From: Octopus sinensis
Lineage: Eukaryota
DNA length: 64,000 bases
NCBI RefSeq assembly: GCF_006345805.1
Contig: NC_043014.1
Span: forward strand, 23,622,001-23,686,000
Direction: 5' to 3'
A program made the position numbers and the translations under genes. The notes under the pieces were generated by a model, which saw only the letters and a list, made by a program, of their open reading frames with translations, was not told the origin of the DNA and did no database searches. Within the stretch, counting starts at the first letter, position 1; each line of letters starts with the position of its first letter. This document shows, piece after piece, positions 23,946-36,639 of this stretch.

Positions 23946-25581
23946 TCTGTCATTATTTTACTGAAATGTTGTGTTCATATGTTTGTTGTTAAGCTACTGA
24001 AAAGTTGTGTTCACCCATCTGTTACAGATAAACACCTCACTTCATTTGTTTGATAATCTGTAGCTATATCATGATATTATTAATTTGTAATAGAAATAAA
24101 ATGATCACTTGTCATCTGTTTGTATGTTTCTAACTGAAATGACAAGTATTCAAACATATGAATCTCCAGTATGAGATGAGTGGGTTAGGTAGGACTTGGT
24201 ACAGGTAGCATGAGACTAATCAACTCTGAAAGGCAGAGGTCATTGTAGTAAGAGTAAAATAGGCTGAGTGAGGAGACAGCATATCTGTACAGTAGTGTGA
24301 AAAATATCTCATCCTTAGGAAAGAAGCTGAAGTGTATTGGTGAGCAGGTCCATGCCAGTGAACTGTGTGGCTTTGGAGAATGCAGTGTAGTCTGTTTGTG
24401 TGTTTAGATACTGGAGCAATATTCCAGTGTTATTCTCATTTGAGTTTTGTAGAGTTAAAAACTGTTCGGAGCTCAAATATTTTCTGGTTGTGAGAAGGAA
24501 AGCCAAACTTTGAGCAGTAGTTTATACTACTTTGTAGATGTGAAATCATCAAGAGAGATCATTGTTACTAGTAAGTGCTACTAGTCTTTGTCTTTACAGT
24601 TTGTCAGTTATTTTAGAGCAATTCTTATTTATTGTTTGATTCATGATAGTTTGAGATTATTGATACTCCTTACTGGCAATGTCTTCGTTTTTTTTGGCAG
24701 CAGAAAAACTATTTTACACTACAAACTTATATTACAATTTAAGAAGTCATGGAGAAAAGAGATAATATTTATATGCCAGGAATATAGTTCAAGCAAATCT
24801 AATAAAACTAAAACAGTTTTCTGTGTTAACAGTATTAACATTAATAATTTTTTACTGGTGAATTACAGCAGGCTAAGTTTATAAAATGTCAGACTCCTGG
24901 TTGATAGAGCAGTTTGTGTCACATTGTTAGTACTGCCCTGGGTTGAATGTCCTCGATATTTGACATTCTCTGGTGCAGTCTAGCTGGGTTCTATGTGCAG
25001 GTACAGCTCACTACTGTATGTATTGGATTGTATTATAGTGAATGAACCAAAATATTGGGAAAATTGACAATGGGAAACTTGTCCAAAGTATTCTTGAAAT
25101 ATCCTTAAAAAGTGGTAGGATCACCCTGACTAGTATCTAGATTATTAAAAAACAAACAAATAACAACAATCACAACAGTTGTTGTTATTTAGCTATCAAA
25201 ATCGATCCATTATGTCACCCCCACCCCGATATAGTATATCTAGGATTATATTATCTAATGTGTCCTTGCTTTTTTGTAAGATAATAAAGCATGATTTGAA
25301 GGAAACTTTGCTGCTTTTCTAGCAGGTCAGGCAACAGCAAAGAGGTTCCTACATTCACTCATTTATCTAACATATAATATAGAGCATATGTAGTATATTT
25401 TGTTGTTACTATTTCATCTCGGATCAATCCTGATTGAGCCAAGTTATGATGAAAGGTGTTCTAACTATAGCTAAGACTACATTATCCAATGTATCCTTCA
25501 ATTTTTGTAGAATAGTATTTGAGTTATATTTAGTTACTATTTCTTGTTGCTCTTATGACAAACTCTTGTTTGTTGTTACAG

Positions 25582-25784
25582 GTGATGAGCTTCATCAGAA
25601 AATTGAGACAGAGCAGAGTGAAATTGAACGACTACACCAAGAAATTGTGGAGCTTAACTACTTAAGGCAGGATTCTGATTTAGATGAAATCAGCTGCAGT
25701 TCGGAGAGTAGCTCAGAAAGTGAAGATGAGGAAGAATTGCAAGAACATCTGAACCAGTTAATTCGTGACAATGAACTGCTTGAG
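25582..25784 (+). CDS. RALBP1: RalBP1 coding exon (phase 1 to phase 0), C-terminal coiled coil with acidic Ser-rich patch
   Basis: ttacag acceptor and GAG|GTATGT donor. DELHQKIETEQSEIERLHQEIVEL...SSESSSESEDEEELQEHLNQLIRDNELLE matches recalled human LRRQIASEKEEIERLRAEIAEI...SSESESESEDEEELQIILEDLQRQNEELE. Confidence 0.92.
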
Positions 25785-26574
25785 GTATGTATATGAGGAT
25801 TTAATGTTTAGCTCTCAAGTCGATGTTGTTTGAAACAACAGTTTTTGTGGCTTCCTCAATAAAACTTTAGTGCTTTAATTCTAATTGAAACCATTCTACC
25901 ACTTTCTTAGGATTGTGCTATAGGTGTAGTATATTTCAATTAGTCAGATTAGCTGTGCAGTGAAATCTTGACTTTTTGCATCTATTAGACTGTGTTAGTC
26001 ACTTAGCATGGTTCAAAAACTGGAGTACAATTGTGCCAGTTTGCACCTTGTTTTCTGTGGTAGGCATTCTTATTACTGATCATGAGCTGATCTGGTAGTG
26101 AGTAGTTGTTCAGTGATATTTGGGGAGGTACCTTTGAGTCACATCTTCATCTGTCAAACAGTGAAAGTTTTTCAGTGCCATTATTAGCAAATTTCTAGAT
26201 TGAAGGAATATTTTGTTGAAATTCTGTAAATAGTGTTGGTTTCACTTTTCAAAAGTGAGAATGTGTGTGTGTGTGTCAGTCTGTGTGAATCCCTAAAACT
26301 TGAGAACTACCCAACTGATTTCATTCAAATTTTACACATACCTTACTTAAGGTCCATGCAGTGTCATGGGCCAAAAGATTTTTCAACTTCTTGCCTAATG
26401 CGAGCCAGGGGCAATCTCTTATCTCTTACACTACTTTGTGTCAAAAGTGAAGCAATAACGTCTCTATTGTATTGTGAGATACTTTCAGTTTAGTATTTTC
26501 ACTATTAATACTGAAACTGTGAAAGTGAAACTACTATCTCACATATATATCTCATGTATATACATGTTCGCAGG

Positions 26575-26994
26575 ACGGCCTGCTGTGCTAACCTTGGATC
26601 ATAGAGTGACCCGTTGTTCTTGAGGAGACCTATTGAGACAGTACATCAACATCAAAATAAAAATTGAAATGGAAGTTGTAGTTAAGACACCCGTGCCGGT
26701 GACACGTAAAAAGCACCATCCGAATGTGGCAGATGCTAGTGCCGCCTGGCTGGCATCCGTGTCGGTGACACGTAAAAACACCAACCGATCGTGGCCATTC
26801 GCCAGCCTGTGCCAGTGGCACGTAAAAAACACCCACTACACTCATGGAGTGGTTGGCGTTAGGAAGGGCATCCAGCTGTAGAAACACTGCCAAATCAGAC
26901 TGGAGCCTGGTACAGCCTCCATGGCTTCTAAACCCTGGTCGAACCGGCCAACCCATGCTAGCGTGGAAAACGGACGTTAAATGATGATGATGAT
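26575..26994 (+). mobile_element. RTE LINE 3' end fragment
   Basis: Approx 60-bp 3' UTR repeats, ggcgttaggaagggcatccagctg, and (GAT)n into (TA)n. Confidence 0.85.
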
Positions 26995-27261
26995 ATATAT
27001 ATATATATATGTGGGAAAAAAGTCAAGGTAGAAAATACTAAAATAATTTTATAAAAAACATTTCAGTACCGATTTCAGTCATTGGGATTTTTTCAACTGT
27101 AAGTATGGAAAACAATTAAATTTTGAAAAAATTAAATGAAAAGGTTTTTAAAAGAATATTTGCATAGTATTCAAAATCAAGGGCCATTTTCCTTGTTTCT
27201 GCCTGTCTCTCATGTTTACTCTTGTGGGTATACATCTGCACATATGTATGTATGTATATAT

Positions 27262-30200
27262 ATCATCATCATCATTTAACGTCCGCTTTCCATGCTAGCA
27301 TGGGTTGGATGGTTCAACTGGGGTTTGTGAAGCCAGAAGGCTGCTTCAGGCCCAGTCTGATCTGGCAGTGTTTCTACGGCTGGATGCCCTTCCTAACGCC
27401 AACCACTCCGAGAGTGTAGTGGGTGCTTTTTACGTGCCACCCGCACAGGTGCCAGATGGAGCTGGCAGACGACCACGGAAGGATAGTGCCTTTTATGTGC
27501 CACCGGCACAGGGGCCAGGCAAGGCTGGCAACCGTCACGAACGGATGGTGCTTTTTACATGCCACCGGCACGGGGGCCAGGCGAGGCTGGCAACGGCCAC
27601 GAACGGATGGTGCTTTTTATGTGCCACCGGCACAGAGGCCAGTCGGGGCGGTGCTGGCAACGGCCATGATCGGATGGTTCGCTTATTTGTCACCGGCACT
27701 GGTATCACAGCTGCAATTTCCATTGATGTTAATCGGCTTCAATTTTGGTTCTGCTTTCTGATTTGATTTGGTTTGATTTTGATTTTGATTTTGATTTTCA
27801 CTTGCCTCAACGGGTCTTCACAAGTGGAGTTTTGTGTCCCAAGAAGGAAATGTATGTAAAAGTCGACTGGCTACATACCAGGTGGAGGCCACGGGTTATG
27901 GTCTCACTAGTCTTGCCGGGTCTTCTCACGCACAGCATACTTCCATAGGTCTCGATCTCTAGTCATTTCCTTAGTGAGACCTAAAGTTCGAAGGTCGTGC
28001 TTTACCACCTCGTCCCAGGTTTTCCTGGGTCTACCTCTTCCACAGGTTCCCTCAACCTGCTAGGGTGTGGCACTTTTGCACACAACTATCTTCAGTGAAA
28101 ACGTCTCTCTTGCACACCACAACTGATGCTTCTTAGGTCCAACTTTTCTCTGAAGGTACTTACACTCTGTCGATTATGAATACTGACATTACACATCCAT
28201 TGGAGCGTACTGGCTTCATTTCTTGCAAGCTTATGCATATCCTCAGCAGTCACAGCCCATGTTTCACTACCATGTAGCATGGCTGTACGTACACATGCAT
28301 CATACAGCCTGCCTTTTACTCTGAGCGAGAGGCCTTTTGTCACCAGCAGGGGTAAGAGCTCTCTGAACTTTGCCCAAGCTATTCTTACTCTAGCGGTTAC
28401 ACTTTCAACATACCCACCCCTGCTACTGACTTGGTCACCTAGGTAGCGGAAGCTATCAACTACTTCTAGTTTGTCTCCCTGGAATGTGGTAGAAGTTGGT
28501 CTCTGCACATTTGCAGTGTTTATTGCTCCTGAGCATCTGCCACAGACAAAAACTATTTTCCTAGTTAGCCTTCTTTTGACATTGCTGCACCTCTTATGTG
28601 CACCTTATAGAGTTTCTACCTACACCTTTTTTACAGATCGAGCAGGGCCATCTACCTGAAGGCGTTTGTGATTGGTCTACCTTCATACTTATTAGGACTT
28701 TGGTTTTAGCTAGGTTGATTCTAAGGCCCTTCGATTCTAATCCTTGCTTCCACACTTGAAACTTCTCCTCCTGTTCTGATAGTGACTCAGCAATTAGAGC
28801 AAGGCCATCAGCATAGAGGAGCTCCCAGGGCATCCTGTCTTGAATTCCTCCATTATTGCCTGGAGGACTATGATAAATAGGAGGGGACTGAGGACTGAAC
28901 CTTGGTGGACCCCAACCTCTACCCGGAATTCTTCACTGTACTCGTTGCCAACCCTCACCTTACTAGCAGCGTCTCTGTACATGGCTCGCACAGCTCTCAC
29001 TAACCATTCATCTATCTCTAGTTTCCTCATTGACCACCAGATAAGGGATCGGGGGACCCTGTTGAAGGCTTTCTCCATGTCAACAAAAGCCAGGTACAGG
29101 GGCTTATCTTTGGCTAGGTATTTCTCCTGCAGCTGTCTTACCAGGAATATAGCATCAGAGGTACTTTTCCCTGGCACGAACCCAAACTGCATCTCATCTA
29201 AGCTAACTCTCTCTCTAATTAGTTGGGCTATAACCCTCTCCGTAACCTTCATCACCTGATCCAGCAGCTTGACACCCCTGTAGTTATTTGTATCTAGGGC
29301 GTCACCTTTACCTTTGTAGCAGTTGACTATTATGCTGCTACACCAGTCATTGGGTTTGTATCACCTGGTTAACTATACGAGTGACTAGGTTATAGCCAAC
29401 ACTACCAGATATTTTGAGCATCTCTGCAGTAATTCCTGATGGGCCTGGAGCTTTCCCTGTTTTCATGCTTGTAATTGCCTTAACTACTAAGGAACTGTCA
29501 ACTCGGATTGCTGGTCCCTCTGTTGGGTCAACATTCGGCAGACTCTCTTTATCCCATTCATTTTCCTCATTCAGCAACCTTTCGTAGTGGCATCTCCAAA
29601 CCTCTCTTTTTGCATCCTCATTTAGCGCAAGTGAACCGTCATCCTTGCGAACACATTTCTCTCCTACCACATCACGATTCTCTCTCACACACTGTCTTGA
29701 AACACGAAATACCTCAAGTCTTTCATCCTCATGGCACAGAACATTGACAATTTTTTTTTTATCTGCTTCCCCTCTGGCTAAATACACCTGCCTCCTAGCT
29801 TCCCTTCTGGCAGACTGATTCACTTCCCTGCTACCACCGTTCTTCCAGTCCTTCCAAGCCTGTTTCTTTTGTCTAATAGCCCTGTCAACAATATTGTTCC
29901 ACCACCACGTTATTTTGGGTCTTGAGGGGACTTTGCACCAGCCACAGATCTGGTCAGTGGCTTTCAGCAAGTTGTCCCTTAGTAGCGTCCAGTTGTCTTC
30001 TACCTCATGTGTAGCCATACCCCCTTCTATTTCGTCAAAGGCTTCAAGTAACATGTCTCTAAATCTCTGTCCATTCGCAGGGTCTTTAAGCTTCCAGACC
30101 CTTCTTCTCCATGTTGGTCGTCCTCTTAGTCCTGATTCTAAAGTCACTAACTACCAGTCTATGTTGTGGAGTACATTCTTTGCCTGGGAAGGTTTTGGCA

Positions 30201-30875
30201 TTTATAAGCAGCCATCTTTCGCTTTTTCTGGCAAGGATGTAGTCGATTTGGCTAGTATGCCGGCCCGATCGGTAGGTGACCAGGTGGCTTGTCGGTTTCC
30301 TGAAGTTAGTGTTGCAAACCATAAGACTATTCGCATCGCAGAACTCCAGCAGCCTGGTTCCCTCCTCGTTGCAAGAACATAACCGTAGCCTCCATGTACG
30401 TCATGGAAGCCCCCAGCATGTTGTCCAACATGCCCATTGAAGTCACCAGCCACAAAGAGAAGGTCTCTGTCATTCGTCAATGAGGTGGTTTGCAGTAGGG
30501 TGTCATAGAAATGGTCTTTGTGTCCATCGGGTAGCCCTGGCTGAGGGGCATAGGCCAATATAATAGTTGCTAGACTATGATGGAGCACTAATCTAATCTT
30601 AAGTATTCTGTCACATACTCTGACTGCCTCGATTACTTTACTACCCATTTTTCGGCGATAAGTATACCCACACCCCCGACCCCATCAGTATTCCTAGCCC
30701 AGAAAATCTTGTACCTCTGTCCTTTGCCTGTGAGGAACCTAGCAGACCCTCCTCTCCACCTCACTTTCAGTGTGCCAACATTGAGGGTGCCAACCCTGAG
30801 GGAGTGGGAGGTATTGGCCCTTGTAGCATCATGAACCTGAAAAGAAAACTCGCGTTTGGCAGGATTCATAGACAA
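27262..30875 (-). mobile_element. Near full-length, frameshifted RTE LINE (APE endonuclease + RT)
   Basis: SLRVGTLNVGTLK, AYAPQPG, AGDFNGHVG, SQIDYIL, PQHRLVVSDF, GKAPGPSG, DMEKAFNRVP, HQGSVLSPLLF, HGSETW, and (GAT)n tail at 27262. Confidence 0.93.
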
Positions 30876-31502
30876 ACAATAAAACTCAAGTTCAAACTGC
30901 GTACGCTACACTAACATATCTTGCAATGAATGACCACTACCTTTTATGGAAGGAGGTGGGGGTGGCGTAAGACTTTGAAGTGTACATGGGAAACAACAAG
31001 GATGAGAAAATTTAGGACTTCCTGTAGTGGTGGACGGGGCAGGAGGGCGGGTGCACCCGCGAAAACTAGCAGCCATGTGTGGGCCCCACTGGAAAGGAAT
31101 ACTTATTAGTAGGTATAAAATAAGGAGCTATAAAATTATAAATATATTTATTCTATATTTAACAAGACGTGAGGCTGATCGATAAAATTAGGGGGCGAGC
31201 TATAGGATTATATATATATATATTTAACACAAGACATGAGAGAGACAACGATATATTGAGATGGACTATAGAATTATATATATATATAACACGAGGCGAG
31301 GCTGAAATAAACAAAGTAAAAGTCATAACATAAATAGAGATAAACAGGGGAAACTAAAGATCAATCACATATATATACATTCAGCAAAATTTAGATTCAG
31401 ATGAAGATGGTACTTAAGTCAGAGGCACCAGAATTTTGTATGGTATTATCCATATAAATCCATGGGGTGATTATAATCAAAATAAACAAGTATATCTTAG
31501 GT

Positions 31503-31594
31503 AATTTGGTACAATCGTTTCATGCTACTTCATTTTATTAAACATTGTAAGTATTACATCAGTTTTAAAATGTTGAGCAATCTTCAGCCATTTA
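31503..31594 (-). ncRNA. Type I hammerhead ribozyme with long stem II (U.U at 10.1-11.1)
   Basis: Minus strand: uaa-a-UGG CUGAAGA U-UGCU..CAUUUUA-AAAC[...]GUUU..UAAAAUG..AGCA-U GAAAC GAUU GUA CCA-aa-uua. The core is complete but proximal stem I is only 3 bp. Predicted cleavage between 31510 and 31509. Confidence 0.7.
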
Positions 31595-31962
31595 TAGAAG
31601 TTTTCCATCAAACAGACAATACTTATTCTTATTTTCATTTCATTTGCCAACATTATAAAGAGAGTAGATATACAGACAGAGAGGTTGATTCAATTCTTAA
31701 GAACATGATAGTACTAAGATTTACTCCCTGACTGTAGATTTTATACTTAGTTCTAAGTAAAAAATAGTTCTAAGTATAAAATCTACAGTCAGGGAGTAAA
31801 TCTTAATACTATCTTGTTCTTAAGAATTGAATCAACCTCTCTGTCTGTATATCTACCCTCTTTATAACGTTGGCAAACGAAATGAAAATAAGAATATGTA
31901 TTGTCTGTTTGATGGAAGACTTCTATAAATAGCTGAAGATTGCTCAACATTTTAAAACTGAT
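31558..31962. repeat. Large inverted repeat: 193-bp arms (31558-31750, 31770-31962), 19-nt spacer
   Basis: The ORF track shows near-identical peptides on opposite strands (YISFKMLSNLQ...LRFTP). The arms can be read directly as reverse complements. Confidence 0.95.
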
Positions 31963-32999
31963 ATATGTATATATCTGTAAATGTAATATGTGACAATTAT
32001 TTGGTAGCCATGATAAAATTCCGACTTTCGGATGCCGGGTGGAAATCCATGCCGCCATTTCTTCAGTTATCTGGCCATTGGAAAAAATGCTATGAAAATG
32101 ACCGTTAAACAATGGGAAATTACTGTGTGATTGACCGTTATTAAGACAAAAGAGCTATTTGAATGACCGCTAAGTGAGGGGAAGGAGTAAAAGTAAGGGG
32201 GGTAAAAAAGTTTGTAGTATTCGCGCAAGCGTGTATGACCATGCCTACACATGCGTGCCCACATACCCACGTACATGCGCCTAAAAGTATACACTCATCC
32301 ACCCTCGCTTGAAATGTACACATTCTCACCCGCACCATTCGCCAAATATATATATATATATATATACATACATACATACATACAATCCCCCACACACACA
32401 CGTCTATATACTCACAAGCACAAGAAAAAAGAGGGCTAAGGGCAACAATACAGAAAAATTGTGTAGGGGAGTATAAAAATAAGCAAAGAGTAAAACACAT
32501 CTATATACGCACATACCCATATGCACACACACACACCTATATATGTGCATACTCGCACACGTCTATACGCACACACACGCGTACAAAAGAGTTCACACAT
32601 CTGCAAGAAAAAACAGGGTTAAAGGTAAAAATACAGGAAAATGTATAATAAAAACAATGGGTAAAACACGTCTATATACGCACATACTAGCATGCACACA
32701 CACATCTATATACGCACATACCTGCACATGCGCACCCAAAAGATTCCATATACACGTCTATATACGCACAGGGAAAATGCAGGTTGGAAGGTGGAATACA
32801 GAAAAATTACAAAAGAAATATATGTATAAAAAATATATAAATATATATAAAAATATATAAGAAATATAAGTAAAAAGTATAAAGAGATAAAATGCTTGTA
32901 CATGGGCACAATATAGAAAGCAAGTTCTATCTGTAATCTCGGAGGGACCAAAAACGTAACAAATATTTAGCCACATGTGGGCATGACCCGAAAAGTTCA

Positions 33000-33370
33000 T
33001 TTCTTGAATTCAAACATGTAGCGGGGTCTAAGCTGCTTTTTTAGATGAGCCATCTTTTCATATCACATAGACTGCACTTTCCACTGCTGTTGGTGTAGGG
33101 CTTACACTTGGCTAAGATCTGCCAAAGATATTCTTTCTTTGCTCTGTACTACATAATTTTTCAGACCCAATATTGCAGTACCAACAGTTTCTTCCATGTC
33201 TAGTAATCCTCTACCACCTTCCCTTCGAGCCACTACTACACAAGTTGGAGGTGTTGAGAAGCTAACCTGTATATTGTGTCCATCATCTACTATCGCTTGA
33301 CCATCGTGCCTTGTCCTAGCCGCCATCTGATTATGCTGAGCATATACTCTTCCACTTCTTGTAGAAGGGA
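33000..33370 (-). mobile_element. R4/Dong-like non-LTR fragment (RT thumb region)
   Basis: RREGGRGLLDMEETVGTAILGLKNYV resembles the conserved R-x-x-GGRGL motif. Confidence 0.55.
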
Positions 33371-33599
33371 CACATCCCGATGGTCAGGCGGTCTATCTGC
33401 TGTCAGCACCTGCTACATGGTGGTCTGGGCATACCTTGGTTGATGATGTGCAGACATGCACTGAGGCTACAATGTCTCCAGTGCTTCCTTGACAGTGAAC
33501 AGATGTGCTCGCTGTTCATCAGACACATATTTCCACAGCTAGTTTCTTTAATGGAGCTGCAGTTCTAGGTAAAACAGAGACCGAGAGGGAGTATTTGAA

Positions 33600-34330
33600 A
33601 AGAGGAATGTCTTCAAGTGCTCACAGCCCTCAGCCAATTGGACACTGTGATAGGTGGAATGTCCGCTCCAGCTTTTTATAGCGGATTAGTAGAGGAAAAG
33701 TGCAACAATGTTCTTGGGGAGACCTTGGGTGTGGAAGAAGATCAGCTAGTCACTCTTTTCCAGGGAACTTTTGGGCCAGGACCAATGGATAATTTCCAAA
33801 AATCTCTGGCCTGGCAGTGCTACTGGGTCATGTTACCTGTTCAAGATAAACTTTACAGGTATGGAAGTGCTGTCAGCCAAGCGTTTCTGAGATGCATGCA
33901 GGATGATGCACTTGTCCAGTGCCCAAGCATTGCTGATCTGTGGGTTTATGTCAAACACTTGCTGTCGTATGTGAGACTGATCTAGCTGTCAGCTGAATTC
34001 ATCGTGAAGATTGCCCCACCACCTTCCTTTAACCAGGAAGGAAAGGCTGTTTATATATGCTTGGTGGCCACAGCAAACAGAGGTTGTATGGTAGACAAGA
34101 TTGAAGAGACTGAAGCTGAAGGAAAATAAGGGTAGAGAAGGAAGTGTTGTCTTCTAGCCAGTTTGGCTGAAAGGTTGATGAAAGTGGTGAGAATGGTGCT
34201 AGTGAACGTGCCTGCCCTGAGCATATGCCTGTAGTTGGAAAAAGGAAAGGAAAAAGTCAGGACACCCATGGTTTTTTTAATGGGGTTTTGCCATGAGTAG
34301 CCCTCAAATGTCTCCTCCCTATTGAGGATT
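33600..34330 (+). mobile_element. Tx1/L1-like LINE 3' remnant
   Basis: FQKSLAWQCYWVMLPVQDKLYRYG...LRC... is paralogous to 12070-12700. Confidence 0.6.
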
Positions 34331-34669
34331 GCACATTGTTGATTCGCTCTACATGCAAAACCCTTACAACAACACACATACACACACACATTATTTTGTC
34401 CTGTACTGTCCATAATGTTTTTCTTAATGTAAACACCTAGGCTTAATAAAGAAAGCATTATTAAGGCAGTGAGCTGGCAGAATTATTAGCATGCTGGGCA
34501 AAATGTTTAGTGGTATTACATCTATCTTCAAATCTTGCATTCAAGTTTCCCCATGGTTAATTTGCCTTTCACCCTTTCATGGTCAATAAAATAAGTACCA
34601 GTTGAACACCGGGGTCAATATAATCAACTTACCTCCTTCCCAAAAATTTTAATATTTTAATTATTATCG

Positions 34670-34699
<30 letters not shown>

Positions 34700-34700
<1 letters not shown>

Positions 34701-35670
34701 CATTCAGTAGTTTTATTTTTATAGCGTGCTTTCACTTCACTACCGAGCGCAGCTCTGTGTGCCTTAGGTATGTGCTGTGATTTGTTGTGATGCTCTGATG
34801 GTTATTGTATGGAAAGTGTTCTGCGTAGGATGTGTGCAGTGCCTAGTAGTGCAATTTTCTGTATGTTATATGTGTTTGTAAGTCCTGGTGTTTTTGTTAT
34901 GTATTTGTCTGAATATTTTTTTATCATGCCTAATGCACCTACTATGATAGGAATTGTTTCTGTTTTTAGATTCCACATTCTGGTTACCTCCATTTCCAGG
35001 TCTTTGTATTTTGAAAGTTTCTCCATTCTTTTAGAGACACGTTGTCATCTGCCGGTATTGATACATCAATTAGAAAGCAATTTTTTTCTTCATGATCTCT
35101 GACAACTATATCTGGTCTGTTGGCCTTAATTTCTCTATCTGTGTGTATCGGCATATTCCAGAGTATGGTTGCTTTCTCGTTTCTTGTGACCTTTTCTGGT
35201 GTGTGCCTATACCATCTTTTTTTCTGTGTGTTATTCCATAATGTTGGCATAGCTTCCAGTGTATGTAGGTTCCAACTCTGTCATGTCTGTGAATATATTC
35301 CTTCTTAGCAGGACTGGGCAGCTAGAGATAATATGATTTATTGTTTCTTGTCCATCTCCACATATCTGCAGTTACTTGTTATATTTCTTTTCATTACATG
35401 TTTTTGGTAATTTCTGGTGGAGGATTTGTCTTTGTTTGTGCTGCAATTAAAAATCCCTCTGTCTCTGCTTTGAGTCCTGAGCTTCTCAACCATTGCTGGG
35501 ATTTTTCTTTGTCTATTTCTTTGTCTATTTCATACCACCTAATAAATATGAAGAAGAAGAAAATGAAGAAACAACAAAAGCTATAAAACAAATGAAATCC
35601 AAACTAAAAACAGAACAGCAACGAACCATGATAAAACGATGGCAAGAAAAGCCCCTTCATGGTAAATACT
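34700..35670 (-). mobile_element. R4/Dong-clade non-LTR retrotransposon 3' fragment with restriction-like endonuclease
   Basis: ILWNMPIHTDREIKANRPDIVV...CFLIDVSIP, EKLSKYKDL, IPIIVGALG, IQKIALLGTAHILRRTL. The 3' end runs into (TAA)n. Confidence 0.88.
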
Positions 35671-35735
35671 GGGGTCAATGTAATCAACTAGTCCCTGCTC
35701 CCAAAATTTCAGGCCTTGTGTCTTTAGTAGAATGG

Positions 35736-35786
<51 letters not shown>

Positions 35787-35840
35787 GTTGTTGTTGGTTA
35801 ATATTATTATAATTATTATTGTTATTATTTCATTGTCCAG

Positions 35841-36065
35841 AAAAAGAATACTGAATTGTGTCAGAAGATTCATGAAGAGCGAATGATCTGTCTCGATGTG
35901 AAAGTTCAAATTCGACTGCTGCAACAGAAGCAACAAGAACCCTCCAACTCTGTTTCTTTAGGAGTGGGAAACAGTGGTTTAACTGGCTCTGTTGGAGCTA
36001 ATACAGAAAATAGTGGATCACTTGGTCTTGGGAGGTCATTTGATAAAGAAGCCACAAGTTTGTGA
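35841..36065 (+). CDS. RALBP1: RalBP1 last coding exon (phase 0 to stop)
   Basis: cattgtccag acceptor. KKNTELCQKIHEERMICLDVKVQIRLLQQKQ...DKEATSL* matches recalled human KNNHLNQAIHEEREAIIELRVQLRLLQ...RKETSI*. Confidence 0.9.
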   Translation, partial: KKNTELCQKIHEERMICLDVKVQIRLLQQKQQEPSNSVSLGVGNSGLTGSVGANTENSGSLGLGRSFDKEATSL

Positions 36066-36639
36066 GGTGAAACAATAACAATAAAGTAAATGATGATGAC
36101 AACAACTACAAAATGGCTTAAAATAAATGGTTGGCAGGGGGTAAGAATGTGAAAATAGAATAATAACAAAGAAACAAACTAGCAACATAAAAACAATTAC
36201 AATTTGCAAAGCAAAGTGCCTGCTCATGAAAGGGACAGAAATGCAGCTTGGGTTGTTCGATGGGTGATGGTTCAAGGCTTTATCTTTGGCAAAACAAAAA
36301 TGGATATTTTTTATTGGAGTTCTTATTAAAAAAATGTGCTGTTTTGGGACATTCTTGGTCTCCTGCTTCAGATGATTTGTTTAGCATTTGTCTGTTTCAC
36401 TCCTTGGCCTTTCCTACACAAAGAGGGAATGCAATGAAGGGTGTGATTTAAAATTTTAAAACTGAACAGAAGATGAAAGGACGAAGTAACACATATGCAA
36501 ATACATACACATATTACATATAATTATACATAGAAAACATATCTACTTATAAATGCATGACATATGACAATAATTGTAATTTAATATATTTTGTAAAATG
36601 AACAGCACTGATTTGTTATTTATTTGTAAATGTAATATG

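Noticed and set aside
25540-25600. Minus-strand CTGATGA...GAAA overlapping the RalBP1 exon
   Set aside because: No stem III or NUH triplet; a chance match.
36080-36127. AATAAA hexamers after the RalBP1 stop
   Set aside because: They are common in AT-rich DNA; the poly(A) site cannot be assigned without transcript data.
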